From Phoronis australis (taxonomy: Eukaryota; Animalia; Phoronida), in assembly GCA_002633005.1 (NCBI GenBank), contig NMRA01000894.1, forward strand, positions 1 to 64,000: 64,000 nucleotides of DNA, given 5' to 3'. Position 1 is the first letter of the stretch. Each line of letters opens with the position of its first letter. This document shows, piece by piece, positions 50,463 through 63,090 of this stretch. The notes beneath the pieces are model-generated. The model saw nothing but the letters and a program-made list of their open reading frames with translations, made no database searches and was not told the origin of the DNA. A program made the translations under genes and the position numbers.

Positions 50463-50558
50463 TTGGGGTGGGGGGGATGACAGAACGCTATCAGTTGGGG
50501 TGGGGGGATGACAGAACGCTATCAGTTGGGGTGGGGGGATGACAGAACGGTATCAGTT
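50463..50558. repeat. G-rich tandem repeat, ~31-bp unit x3
   Basis: TTGGGGTGGGGGGATGACAGAACGCTATCAG repeated three times. Confidence 0.92.
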
Positions 50559-51799
50559 AAGGCTACTGCTAAGGCAAGAGATGAGACCCCTACGTTGTGT
50601 TTTCTTGGTGAAATTTCATTACAAATATTTAGGTCATGGTTAGGTAATAATTTGATAAAAGTGTTAAAATTCAGACTGAGGTGAGCCCGATGTTGAAAAA
50701 CAAGATACTAAAGAAAAGCCAAGTTCACTTGAACCGAAACCTGACAAAATCCTATACAGGGCAAGTATATGTATACATGACAAGCTTATAATTTAATTAT
50801 CTCTTATTTTTTTCCTTTTCAACATCACTACTAAGATCTGCCATGAGTCCTCATCCGTAAGACGACGATACATGGACCTGGTGATGTTCCCCTGGTTGAC
50901 CTACCAATAATTACCTTCATGCATGACATTAGACTATCTAAAAACAATGTAATGGCCATCATTGGTTGACATCGATAAACATTGAGCATGTACGCTCAAA
51001 ATTTGAGTAAAGAATTAGTCTGGAAGTTTAATTTAATTCTAGCGTGGGGGCTCCAGCATGCTGAGCCTGGTGAAAACTGCATTATGTGGCGTGGTGTATA
51101 CCCTGTGTTAAGTGGGTTGATTAACAGCAATGTACTTGAATATTTTCATTTTTATAAAAAATTGTTGTAACATTAATTGAAATTTGAATTCCGCAATTTG
51201 GGTTATTGGCTGAAAAATGGGTTTCTAAAAAATGTGGCTTTTAGTAAGCTCTAGTTAAATGTTTCAGCCCTATGTTTGTTTTGCTGACTTATTTTATAAA
51301 TTCAATGAGTGTTATGGTTTGAGATATTAAAATCCTATTGTTTCATGTTTTGATAGAAACTATAAAAGCCTTAATAACTAGTTGGTAAATGGATTATATC
51401 CACCGTAAGCAGCTTACATCCAACATGCAGTGCTTACTGTGTCAGGTCATGTAGATATTGTGCTTAACTGACCTTTTTATGGATAGTGAACACTGATACA
51501 TGCGCATCCCAGATTATACAGTTGTCATCGAATTGAGAATCAGGGAAATATCACATATTTGGTCACCTGCCTGTGAGCTTGTTGATTTTGAATGGATGTT
51601 TTTGTTCATCAATTGTATGATAATTTCCAATGTCTTGATACTTCAGTGAAATGCCACTTTGAATAAAATGGTTACTTTTAGATATTATGTGAATCAGGCC
51701 CAACAGGGTGTACATATGTTATCTCAATAATACACAAAATCTAGTATGTGATTGTATTTTGTGAATTTTGTTTCAGTTATTTTTTCTTATTCTTTACAG

Positions 51800-51919
51800 A
51801 ACGAGTTTCATGCCCAGAATCCACGATCTGTGAATCCAGTTCAAGTGAATGATGTTTTCTTTACACTCCACGCTGTTTTGATTACAGGAGTTACAATTTT
51901 CCAGTGTTTTATTTATGAG
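51800..51919 (+). CDS. CTNS: Cystinosin, coding exon 6
   Basis: NEFHAQNPRSVNPVQVNDVFFTLHAVLITGVTIFQCFIYE with canonical splice sites. Confidence 0.96.
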
Positions 51920-52357
51920 GTAGGGACTTTTGAATTGTCACTGAGTAGTCTTTGTTTTCTACACATCATCTGTCTGCGGGATCCCAAAATAATTGTGAAT
52001 TGAATTGTTTTGGAGTTGGCTTGTGCACAACTGAAACACAAGTCAGTTCGCTATAATTATTTTTGGAACCAGCACGTACTGCTGACCTTACTACACATGG
52101 ATGTGTAGGTACTCTTGACCTTACTACACATGAATGTGTAGGTACTCATGACCTTACTACACATGGTCGTGTACAAGCCAAATTGACCTGTTGTGTGGCA
52201 ACATAATAAAGATTGTACTTGTTAAGCCTAGTTAACAAAATGCAAACATGACAATTTCATCCATTGCTTTTTCTTATGTTGAAGGTACTTTATCATATAG
52301 GTATGTTGCTACAATTTTCAATAAAAACATCATCTCATTTCTCCGGTTCTCTTGCAG

Positions 52358-52528
52358 AGAGGAAACCAGAAGGTGTCCAAAGTGTGTATAGCCTTAGTCA
52401 GTGTTGCACTGTTATTTGCCGTTGTAACTCTATTTGTGGCAGTAGGCAAGGCTATCACATGGCTTCAGTATGTCTACTTCTTCTCATACATCAAACTAGC
52501 CGTATCCATCATCAAATATGTACCTCAG
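52358..52528 (+). CDS. CTNS: Cystinosin, coding exon 7
   Basis: RGNQKVS...WLQYVYFFSYIKLAVSIIKYVPQ (second PQ motif). Confidence 0.96.
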
Positions 52529-53476
52529 GTAAGTCATAAGATTACTTAGTGCACATTACCTGATGTGTAAGCGGTTTCTCTTCGCTAATTTTATGCATTT
52601 TTTTGCCCTGAAATGCATGTTTAATATTTACGCATGCATTTAATCTGTTCAATTCTGTCCATATTTGACACTTTCTCTCAAGTAAGTTGAACCTTCTTCA
52701 CAAACATGCTAAAACAATGTTAATACATGTTTTTTGCTTTTGTATGTGTTTATTACTGTTCAGACCTGTTTACTTCCCCTCGCATGATTGATCTATTGTG
52801 TTGTGAAAGAATTAATATTTTTAGGTATATAAACAAAATCTTTTTAATGCAATGATGCAGCTTATAAATGTAGCTCATAAAATGTATTACCAAACTACTT
52901 ACCCATTCCAGTGGAGTGATGGTAGGGTGTTGGGGGAAACAAACGGAGTGAGAGTCGGGTATTGGGGGAACAGAGTGAGAGTAGGGTGTTGGGAGAAGAA
53001 AACGGGTAAGATTAGGGTGTTGTTGGAAACAAACGGAGTGAGAGTAGGGTGTTGGGGGAAACAGTTTGCTTTTTATGAGAGTCAGAAATGATAATTTAGA
53101 AAATTATAACAAGTTATGAGATTTCATGATCCTGAAAATGTATATTGAACAAAATTTGTCCTTGTTAACTGTTGTTTTGGTATTGATGTGTCTTCATTTT
53201 AATACGAAGACACAGTCACGGGACCCAGTTAATGGTCGATTGATAAAAAGTCAAAATACAATTCCATAGGCTTTCTACAGAAAATATATATATATATATA
53301 TATATGTATATATTTTTACGGAGTTAAAATCTACAGCTTGGTAGATATTTGACTAAATGTAGACATGTTGATAAATTCGTAGTACGTCCCCTTAAGTATG
53401 CTCTTAATATTAGCATGACATTCATTATGGCATTGTTTGTCTAGTTCATAAAATATTTTATTTCCTCTGTTGCTAG

Positions 53477-53594
53477 GCGTACATGAATTTCAAAAGAAAA
53501 AGCACAGATGGATGGAGTATAGGCAATGTGTTGTTGGACTTCACTGGGGGCACCTTCAGCCTGCTGCAGATGTTTTTGATATCATATAATAATG
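53477..53594 (+). CDS. CTNS: Cystinosin, coding exon 8
   Basis: [39 protein letters not shown]. Confidence 0.97.
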
Positions 53595-54660
53595 GTAAAT
53601 TAATGTTTACAGACATAGTGCAGATGTTTTAGACATGGCTTGGTAGTCAATGGGTAAACACAGCCGCAGAGATTTTTAATATCATGTAATGATGTGTGAC
53701 TGCTTAGTAAACTGTCTCAAAATTATAACCAGGAAGGGAATTGCTACGCTTTATGAGAAAGTAATGCAACTACAACAGAAAAAAAGTTCTGAAAATTAAA
53801 TGGAAAATCGACCTTAATGACAGTGTGTACGTTTAATGCAAAATTCATTAAAATTGAGAAAGTGCATGTTTTGATGGTCGGAAACCCTCTTTGTGCGTCG
53901 AATACGCAAGTCCAGCTTTTTATTGGGAAACCGTATTAAAAAAGTGCCTATCGAGGCACTCTTTGTGGGTTGACAGCGGAAACTCAACATTTTTTATTGA
54001 GATAACGCATTTTTACAAAAGAGAATCAGTTGTCTGGAACGTTTCATGTGCGTCAACAACGCAAACCAGACCCACTCATTGGAAATCCCATATTTGTCAC
54101 CAGGAAGACTCCTTTTTCACAACGCAGCCCGCTATTTCAAGTGAGATAGCGCAATTTTGATAAGATTCCATCACTTGCCGAAAACGGTTTTTGAGCATCG
54201 GCGAAGCAAGCCGAATATTTCATATTGAGAAAGGGCATCTTTGAAAAGAAGAACCAACGCTTGTCGGGAACTGTCTTTATGCGTTGACAACACACATTTC
54301 TTATTGGGAAAGTCAGATTTTCAAAAATTAATCGCGCAGACCGTTTGAGTCTTATTGACCTGCAATTATGCTGCTATCAAATGACCGAGCCAGCAATGTT
54401 TGATACTACGACCGCTCATCGAAATAATGTACACCCGCGAAATTGGGACACTAGTCGAAACCCAAATTTGGAGGTCCGCCAAATTCGGACACCACAGAAA
54501 TGATGTTTCGCGAGATTCGTCCAAGAATGAATTTTTTGTAGTGGAATTAATTTTCAGTGTCCGAAAATCACGCGACTTTACCGTACATATTGCTGAGAAT
54601 TTGTTATTTGGTCTGGATGCAAAAAACTTGCAAAAACACAAGATCATGCAATTAATATTA

Positions 54661-55889
54661 TTATGCGCCCACATATTTATATGTGGACGCATTATGCTGT
54701 CATCTCCGTCCATCCGGCGTCCGCTGCTTTATCTCCAAAACCCCTTGACGTATGTTATGAAATTTTGCACATGTTCCTTCCATAGATGGGACGGCATGAG
54801 AGAACTTCCGGACGGATCCGCCAACCAGTGTGGCCCCTAGTGGCAATTTTATTTTTTTATGCTTACCTCTGTATCTTCAGGGGTCCGTAATGGATTTTAT
54901 TGAAATTTAGTATGTAGGCTTCTATTAGTGAGATGACACGATCCTCCCGTTTTCGAATGGATTTGACGTAGTTTATGCCATCTAGTGGCCGTTTTTACTG
55001 TTTTCGAGTCTGTTTTTTTGCGTCCACCCTTCTATCAGCCAAACCGCTCAAAGAATGCTTGTGAAAATTGGCATGTATGCTTTTACTATGAAGTGGATGA
55101 CTGACGATGATTTTTTGATGACTTTGTGTACTGGGGCGCCTCCTAGTGGCAGTTTTTTTTTGCGCTCATGGCTGTATCTCCTAAACTGTTTGCAGGATCT
55201 TTACTTAATTTAGCAAGTGTATTTATATGATATTGACTACAGATGACGACGACTTTTGGACAGATCTGACTACTGATGTGCCCCCTATTGGCAATTTTAG
55301 TTTTTATGTTTAACTCTGTATCTTCAAAGGTCCTCAACAGATTTTCATAAAAGTTTGAACATAGGCATCTATTGGTGAGATAACGCTATCATCCTGTTTT
55401 TGGATGGAATCGAGGTATTTTGCACCACCTAGCGGCCATTTTTACTGTTTTCAAATCTTGTTTTTGGCATCCACCCCTCGATCGTATATGTTTTCAGTGT
55501 GAAGAGGACATTTGATAATGGTGACTGGCTACTATGGCACCTCCTAGTGGTAGTTTTGTTTTGTTTTTTGCCCATAGCTGTATATCCAAAACCCACTGCA
55601 GGATCTTTATTAAATTTAGTAAGTGAATTTATATGAAGATAACAGACGACAACTTTCAGGCGGATGGAACGTACACTGTGCTCACAAGTGGCAGTTTCAT
55701 TTTGTTTTCCTTTATTTCTCTGAAGTTCCTTGACAGATTTTCATGAAATATGGCATGTTCCCCTTTTTGGATGGATTAACATTTTTGCGCCATCTAGTGG
55801 CCATTTTTATGATACAAATAAATAACCCTAAAAGCACACTATTTGCGATGCATTCGTGGGCGCATTTCAACGCTCCGCGTTGCTCTTGT
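54661..55889 (+). mobile_element. Helentron-associated non-autonomous element (HINE/DINE-1-like), complete, in the last CTNS intron
   Basis: 5' subterminal repeat ATGCGCCCAC with adjacent palindrome, CCGTCCATCCG microsatellite-like tract and internal ~150-bp repeats. 3' inverted copy GTGGGCGCAT (55856-65), hairpin CAACGC-TCC-GCGTTG and CTTGT end. Confidence 0.8.
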
Positions 55890-56089
55890 GTAATTTTTTG
55901 TAAGACATTGCCATGCATGATGAGTGAATTGCGTTATCATGTTAGTTTTACTCGTGAGTGTTTAGGTATACAGATCATAGCCCTGTTTTAGTCTATAACC
56001 ACCTGTTGAAGCCATAAGCAGCTATTGGGACGGGGGGGAGGGGGGGTGCATAATTCCTTGTATAGCTAATTAACATTCTTTATTTGCAG

Positions 56090-56292
56090 ATGATTTCTCC
56101 TCCATATTCACGGATCCCACCAAGTTTGGTTTAGGATTGTTCTCAATCCTTTTTGATGTGTTATTCATTGTACAGCATTACTGCTTGTATCGAGGTGCTG
56201 AACAGAAAAATTTCGAAGCAGTGTCTGAAGTTTTGGTGAATGAAGATGGGACTACCTACACTTATGATGATAAGGAATCCTTGATTGAGTAG
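56090..56292 (+). CDS. CTNS: Cystinosin, last coding exon
   Basis: [34 protein letters not shown]...YDDKESLIE*. The nine exons sum to 1257 nt, an open frame of 418 aa plus stop. Confidence 0.96.
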
Positions 56293-57624
56293 CTTTAACG
56301 GAATCTGTTAATTCACCTCCATTCTCAGTGAAGATTACTCCGACAGTCATTCGTCATGACAGGAAATTGTAGGTCATTTTCTCTGAATACTTTGGCTTGT
56401 TATGTAACAGTGTAATGTGAGTGCTGTTTAAGTGTAATAATTGAATCTATTATGAAATACCAAAGTGTAACATTTAAACCTTCTTGCAATGCTAATGTTA
56501 ATGAGGTTGCTGTAAAAATTTTCCAGTTTGTGAAGTCTCTGAAATTTGTGACACCAAAATTCAAGTCGATATAGATTTTTCATAATCTTGAATGTTTAGG
56601 ACATGGGCTATTTTGGCATTTTGTCACACACTGAGCACTAGGCTGTGTCAACTGAGTCCAAAAATAGACTGAGCAGCTAATAAAATCAAAAATCCACAGA
56701 TGCACATTGTTATTGTGTAACAGTCATCAAGTGAATGATGGTTTATCATAGTTTTGGATTTGAGACAGCCAAGATTGCATATTTCGAAAATGTGGTACAA
56801 ACGGCTCCCACCATAAGCGAAATAATTAACTTTTCATTGCCCTTACTGACTGGAGAATTGTTTACTGTTTCTGCTTGTGAAAAATCATTGATGTATGCAA
56901 TGCACCCACTGAGTTTGGACATCATCAAGTGCTATTGAATTGGTTAGGTTTGTAGCACTGGTTTGTATCATGCTTCAGACTCCTACAGCACCATGCCAAG
57001 AATTGTACAATGACATGTGGCTTTCATCAACATCCAATTGCTGCCTGGTGGTTTGCTTATTGGCCTAATTATGTTGCACACTCAGCAGAATTAACGAGAT
57101 TCCTATTATGGCAACATTGTTCCAAAGTTTTTATGTTGAAAAGTCAAATTTCTTATTGGATTTTCAAAATTCAAAAACCTAATCACGTGTTCTTTTCACA
57201 AACTATTCAAATATGCAATTTAAAAACTTTATACTGTTGTCGCCCACAGTGTGTTTATGATGGGTGTAATTATCAAGAGACTGATAACATTAGCAGCCTG
57301 GGGCCGATGTAATTAACTGCAACAACATGGCCTGTTTGATCAATAGGGCAGATTTTGTGGTATGCAAACCGGTTGAGTTGCCCAACTGTCTCGACCTGTG
57401 AGGGCTTCAACACAGAATTCTTTTCATGACACCTAGTGGTGTGGTTAGTAAATTTACATTTTGGCAATCATGAGTGAATTAAGTATTTGTTTTTCATTTT
57501 TCAGTATTCTATTTTCTATAGTAAAAGTAGTTCTCTTCATCTACGGTGATTCGTGCTTGGGAAATATGCCCGTATGACATTCTCTTTTGGTTTGAGATTT
57601 GTTGACTATCTGCAAGCAATTCAC

Positions 57625-58367
57625 TGCAGTTGATTGTGAGATATCTGCAGATGAGTGTGAGATATCTGTAGATGATTGTGAGATATTTGCAAGGGATTGT
57701 AGGATATCTGCAGATGATTGTAAGATATCTGCAGATGATTGTGAGATATCTGCAGATGATTGTGAGATATCTGCAGGTGATTGTGAGATATATGCAGGTG
57801 ATTATGAGATATCTGCAGGTGATTGTGAGATATATGCAGGTGATTGTGAGATATCTGTGCGTGATTGTGAGATATCTGCAGGTGTTTGTGAGATATCTGC
57901 AAGTGATTGTGAGATATCTGCAGATGATTGTGAGATATCTGCAAGTGATTGTGAGATATCTTCAGGTGATTGTGAGGATATCTGCAGATGATTGTGAGAT
58001 ATCTGCAGGTGTTTGTGAGATATCTGCAAGTGATTGTGAGATATCTGCAGATGATTGTGAGATATCTGCAAGTGATTGTGAGATATCTGCAGGTGATTGT
58101 GAGATATATGTGGGTGATTGTGAGATATCTGCAGGTGTTTGTGAGATATCTGCAGGTGATTGTGAGCGAGACATCTGCAGGTGATTGTGAGATATCTGCA
58201 GATGATTGTGAGATATCTGCAGATGATTGTGAGATATCTGCAGATGATTGTGAGATATCTGCAGATGATTGTGAGATATCTGCAGATGATTGTGAGATAT
58301 CTGCAGATAATTGTGAGATATCTACAGATGATTGTGAGATATCTGCAAGTGATTGTGTGACATCTGC
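57625..58367. repeat. Minisatellite, 21-bp unit (GATTGTGAGATATCTGCAG(A/G)T) x~35
   Basis: Directly visible array with variant units. Source of the repetitive ORFs at 57599-58406. Confidence 0.98.
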
Positions 58368-58994
58368 CAAGGAAGCAAAATGAAACCAATCAATGAAAGC
58401 AGACAACGTACAACTACGTTTGCTGCCAACAGGTGGCGAGGAGCGTGCATATAGATCTTACAATTATCTAACTTTCACAGTAAAAAGGCCTATGGCAAGT
58501 ATTGAATATTGTTAATTTTGCAACTTATTAAAAACTGAGTCACGAATCATGACAAGTTAACACTTCTCATTGTGTGTGGTTACGCCGTGGTCAGAATGAA
58601 GGTCAGGCCTGGGTGTTATTTGGGGCCTAGTAATCTGCTTCATTCTCATTTTGAAGTTGATTTTTTGAAGCAGGGCTAGTCCAGATGTGACATCCCAATT
58701 CCAAAATATTAGTCCAAAAGTCCATTAGTCCATATGCATGAACAGGAAGAGGGACGAGCACCCAGTGAGTTGGCCCGCAAAGCGCGTTTGGCCATGCGTT
58801 ATACCCATTTGTCATGATCCGACGGCCCCATACATGTGGAGAATTTCTCGCTTACAGTGATGACCGCTCTGATTCCCTAAGCCCCAGACAACTTTTACGA
58901 TGCCTATTCAGCACGCCCTTTGTATTTAAGTAGATCTGAGCTAGTGAAGTGGAAAAGTAATTGCTAGCATTACTGTCTCAACAATTTGGTTTTC

Positions 58995-59455
58995 TGTGAC
59001 ATTTGCACTCTAGAGAGTAGTTTTAACATGGTACATTATAAATATTACAAAATGACTAAAAAGGTTAACTTGTGTTTATCTTCACGAAGGGCCACTTCCC
59101 AAAGGAACGGTAAGTTTCATATTGCTTTTCTTTATTTAATTTTTAATGCTTCTGCCCACTTGTTTTTTTTTTCTTACCGGAAACTGGTTGGTAACTTTTT
59201 ATAAGTTTTGAGTACCCCCATTTGGTTTTATCTGACATTTGCAGTAAGAGCTAGCCTGCAACTCTGGAGAGTAGTTTTAACTTGGTACATTATAAATATT
59301 ACAAAATGACTAAATAGGTTAACTTGTGTTTATCTTCACAAAGGGCCACTTCCTAAAGCAACGATGAGTTTCCGGTTTTCTTTATTTAAATTTTAATGCT
59401 TCTGCCCACTTTTTTTCTTACCGGGAACGGGTTGATAACTTTTTATCAAAGTTTT
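58995..59455. repeat. Diverged tandem duplication, ~240 bp x2
   Basis: The block GAGAGTAGTTTTAAC...GGTACATTATAAATATTACAAAATGACTAAA...CTTCTGCCCACTT occurs twice. Confidence 0.9.
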
Positions 59456-60141
59456 GAACTTGGAGTATCAAAACAGTGGTAGATTTTGATCGCCACCTTA
59501 ACTTGAGCCCATCCCTAAACTTAGTACTTACCACATTACAGGTACACTATTTTACATTTCACGTGTCATTAAAGTTTAATCTTTGTTAGAACTCAAATCA
59601 TTAAATATGTACAAAAGTGCAAATATGGTGATAATCAAACTGAAGATTTGGAATCTGTGGACAATTTCGGTGGCACTGACTATAGTAACTATTCTAGCTC
59701 TTTGTCAGTAATAGAAAATGAAAATTGGGCTCAACAACTATTTGGTGGTCAAAAATCGGGTTAAACGAGATTGAAAGAATAAAGGAATCCATGTGATATT
59801 GTTAACTCTGATCAGCATTTGTATATCTACCGAGTATATCAATACGCGCGGTAGTTTATCTCTTCAGTCGTTCACAATGGTTGTAGTTTTTAGATTATTA
59901 GTTCATCGATTTTTAAAAATCGAAAACCATACTTGGTTGTTTTTTCCAGCTGAATACGCCGTGGTGTTCGTTTATAACGAAAGTTAGTGGTTTGTGTTAA
60001 TGTTCTCTTTGGTCCTGGTACAAGCCGCTCAGAAGGACAAGCGGTGAAAATTTCCTCATATCTTTGTAAATGCGTGACTTCCTTGTAAGCGTATTATTCA
60101 CGACATGCGCATTAGTCCAACAGCCAATAGTCCAAAAGCCA

Positions 60142-60683
60142 CATGACGGCATTTTCCCGTTACTCCCAACTTGTTCGATTCTATAGCCTAACAACAAGTT
60201 GGGAAGTTTACTCCCGTAGCCAATATCTTACACGACTGATTAACTCCATTCTGGCATACATGGTTGGAGGCCCTGTGCTCTTTTGTTCGATAATTGCTCT
60301 AATCTTAGATCAGATCGTATCTAGCCTGACTGCGCTGGGTTGATCAAAATGAAAGGTAAGTTATAAGATATTTTAGCTTAAACCAATAGAATTTCTGAAT
60401 CCGTCGTCAACTTCTGAGCATGTTCGGTTTTTGAATCACCAAAATCGCCCAACTACAACAGAAGTTAAGACGATCTATTCTATCCAAACGGACGCACTGG
60501 GTTTGACTGTGTTCATACGCGTTCGGTAATAGCGTGCAACTACCATACGTTTCCTTTGAAGCCTGAGAGATAATTGGCCTGCTTGTTATCATACGGGGCG
60601 AAAGACTGGGCTGGGCAGATGTTATCGCACATTCAGCACCCCTCACGTCTGGAAAAGTTACTGACCGACAGAGCGCTGTAATG
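60142..60683. mobile_element. Internally deleted copy of the 47612-49291 element
   Basis: Same orientation. Joins the left arm (to ~47742) directly to the right arm (from ~48874). Confidence 0.8.
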
Positions 60684-61955
60684 AATAGTCCAAAAGCCTA
60701 TTTGTCCAAAAGCCAATAGTCCAAAAGCCCATTTGTCCAAAAATTTACCCAAAATTGATTGGTTATTCCTTGCGCATCGATCGCGCGTGTGTGACAAAAG
60801 ATCCAAAATTATTGCACCACGTGCGATTTTACTTGTGCCATTGTTCATTTTCACTTAATTTGCACGCGTTTTTCTATCCTTCATCCACTATGAACAAAAT
60901 GATTTAAAATAAGTGGGGCACGTGACTCTGTATCGCTACTTAATTTGTAAGCTTTTAGAGACAGTATCCTCTCACTTCGTCGGTATGTGCATTTATTTGG
61001 CATTCTAAGTTGAAAAACTTATAATCGTTATTTACTTATGTCAAATTGTCAGGGTATACAGAATACGGATTTGAATACCTTGCTACAACAGCGGTGTGTT
61101 GCATACCGGGAAGATTCGTGGCTCGGACAATTGGCATTTAACACCGTAGAACTTTTAATAGCTAGCTATGCGAGTGTTTAGTGAATGCCTCAGGTGTGAC
61201 ATTTTAGCATTCAAAAACATGAAGTTAAAGACACCTACGTGCTAATAAAATCCAGGAATTATGCACCTTTATTCAAAATAATGGAGTCTTAACAAATTAT
61301 ATGCAGCTCTTTGTAATGTCCAAAAGTAAGGCCTTCGAAATATTGGGTAAATTTTCGATCAACAGGTCTTTGGATAGATGAGGTTCCGGACTATTTGGCT
61401 AACGAACTTTTGAGGCATCGGACAGATGGGTAATTTTTCTGGCTAATTGTTCGTCAGAAAATTGGACTGTGGAACCAAAAAATTTTGTGACTAATGGGTC
61501 ATAGCCGTGACAAATGGATTGTCGAAAAATTGGAATGTAACCACTAAGTCAAGATAGCTTTGACACACGAATTTCATAAGTAATAAAATAGTGAATCCTT
61601 TGAGTAAAATACAAAAAAAAACGCTAGCTATTTAAATAACTAAACCAAGATATCACCAACAGTTAGAATCGTTTTGTACGTATTGTTTCGGAAATAGTTG
61701 AAAACTGTTGTAGAAATTGGACCGTAAGAAACTCGTGAAGAAGTGAACAATAAATACCGAGTTTTTGTGAAGGCACGATCGCATCCCTTAAATTACAGTT
61801 GATTTATATTAAATGTACACTCGTGTGAGTTCTGTCACTTACTGAAATGGTGCTTTTTCCCTTTGTTAAGCAGGGTTCGGGAAGTCGTAAGACCTAAAAC
61901 AAACCTTCATATACACGAACCGCATCTATGCAACTTCAATAAAGGAATTTGACCG

Positions 61956-62221
61956 CATACCAGTCTGGCTAATGTAGGACCTTGTCGACATACCAGTCTG
62001 GCTAATGTAGGACCTTGTCGACATACCAGTCTGGCTAATGTAGGACCTTGTCGACATACCAGTCTGGCTAATGTAGGACCTTGTCGACATACCAGTCTGG
62101 CTAATGTAGGACCTTGTCGACATACCAGTCTGGCTAAAGTAGGACCTTGTCGACATACCAGTCTGGCTAATGTAGGACCTTGTCGACATACCAGTCTGGC
62201 TAATGTAGGACCTTGTCGACA
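61956..62221. repeat. Minisatellite, 33-bp unit x8
   Basis: CATACCAGTCTGGCTAATGTAGGACCTTGTCGA repeated eight times, nearly perfect. Confidence 0.98.
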
Positions 62222-62996
62222 AGTCTGTGCATATACAATTTCCCATGCCAGAAAAAACTTTTTTAAAGAGACCCTCCAGAAACCTGAAAAGGAGCCCCTC
62301 GCAAGCTACAGTGTATATCCAGGGAACACGTCCAAAAAAAACGCTTGTGTGCGTGTGTGTGCGCGCGCGCGCTTGCGTGTGTACACACAGGCACACGTAT
62401 ATACATATGCATAAATCTATATTCCACATTAGGGGGACTGCATTTTTATTTTCTTGATTAAGGGGACCATTTTTATATTTCTCATTATTGGAGATTTTTG
62501 AACAAAAATCTGCATATAGGCTGAGTGAGGCTATGAATGAGGTCCAGAGTAGATATGAAGATGTTTTTTTGAAAAAAAAATATTAATTTTGAAATAGATA
62601 ATTTTGGGGTCCACCTAATCATGTTTTTATAATACGAACTTGATGTTAAGGTGCCCGAAATAATGTATATACACATCATCTTAGAGACCATCACTAATTT
62701 CCACTTTTCTTGCACATATTTATAAAAGCAAAGACGTTATTCAGTGTTTTAATGTTGCAAAGTTCTTTTAAATTCTAACATATTCATGTTTCAATTTCAT
62801 AATACCAGTACAACATTAGGGAGACCAAGGTGTATATATATTGTATATACATAAACCATAAGGTTATCAATATTGGTTTAACACATTACCTTAGTACATG
62901 TAAAAAAGCAAATTAAGTCAAACGAGGGCTTTACTTATTTTCTTAACAAACAAAAGTATAAATGGGAAACATTAAGATGGCCGTCACCAATTCAGA

Positions 62997-63090
62997 ACAC
63001 AGTAAACACCTCCAAAAGGTACCCTCAATAGTCCTAAGGTTCACACAGTAAACTCCTCCAAAAGGTTCACTCAATAGTCCTAAGGTTCAC
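62997..63090. repeat. Tandem duplication, ~46-bp unit x2
   Basis: ACACAGTAAAC(A/T)CCTCCAAAAGGT..CTCAATAGTCCTAAGGTTC occurs twice. Confidence 0.9.

Larger units (their letters stand above)
58686..61542. mobile_element. Possible DNA transposon with arrays of ~15-bp subterminal repeats
   Basis: Weak inverted termini (TGTGACATCCCAATT / AATTGGAATGTAACC). TAGTCCAAAAGCC-type repeats occur at 58710, 60113-60140 and 60686-60740, with inverted versions at 61370-61520. Confidence 0.4.

Noticed and set aside
57599-58406. Long repetitive ORFs (DCEISAD, QISHNHL) resembling antifreeze or coiled-coil proteins
   Set aside because: A 21-bp minisatellite with frameshifting units, open in most frames, with no splice or start context.
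61956-62221. 33-bp direct repeats resembling a CRISPR array
   Set aside because: No unique spacers, no cas genes, and a eukaryotic context; it is a head-to-tail minisatellite.
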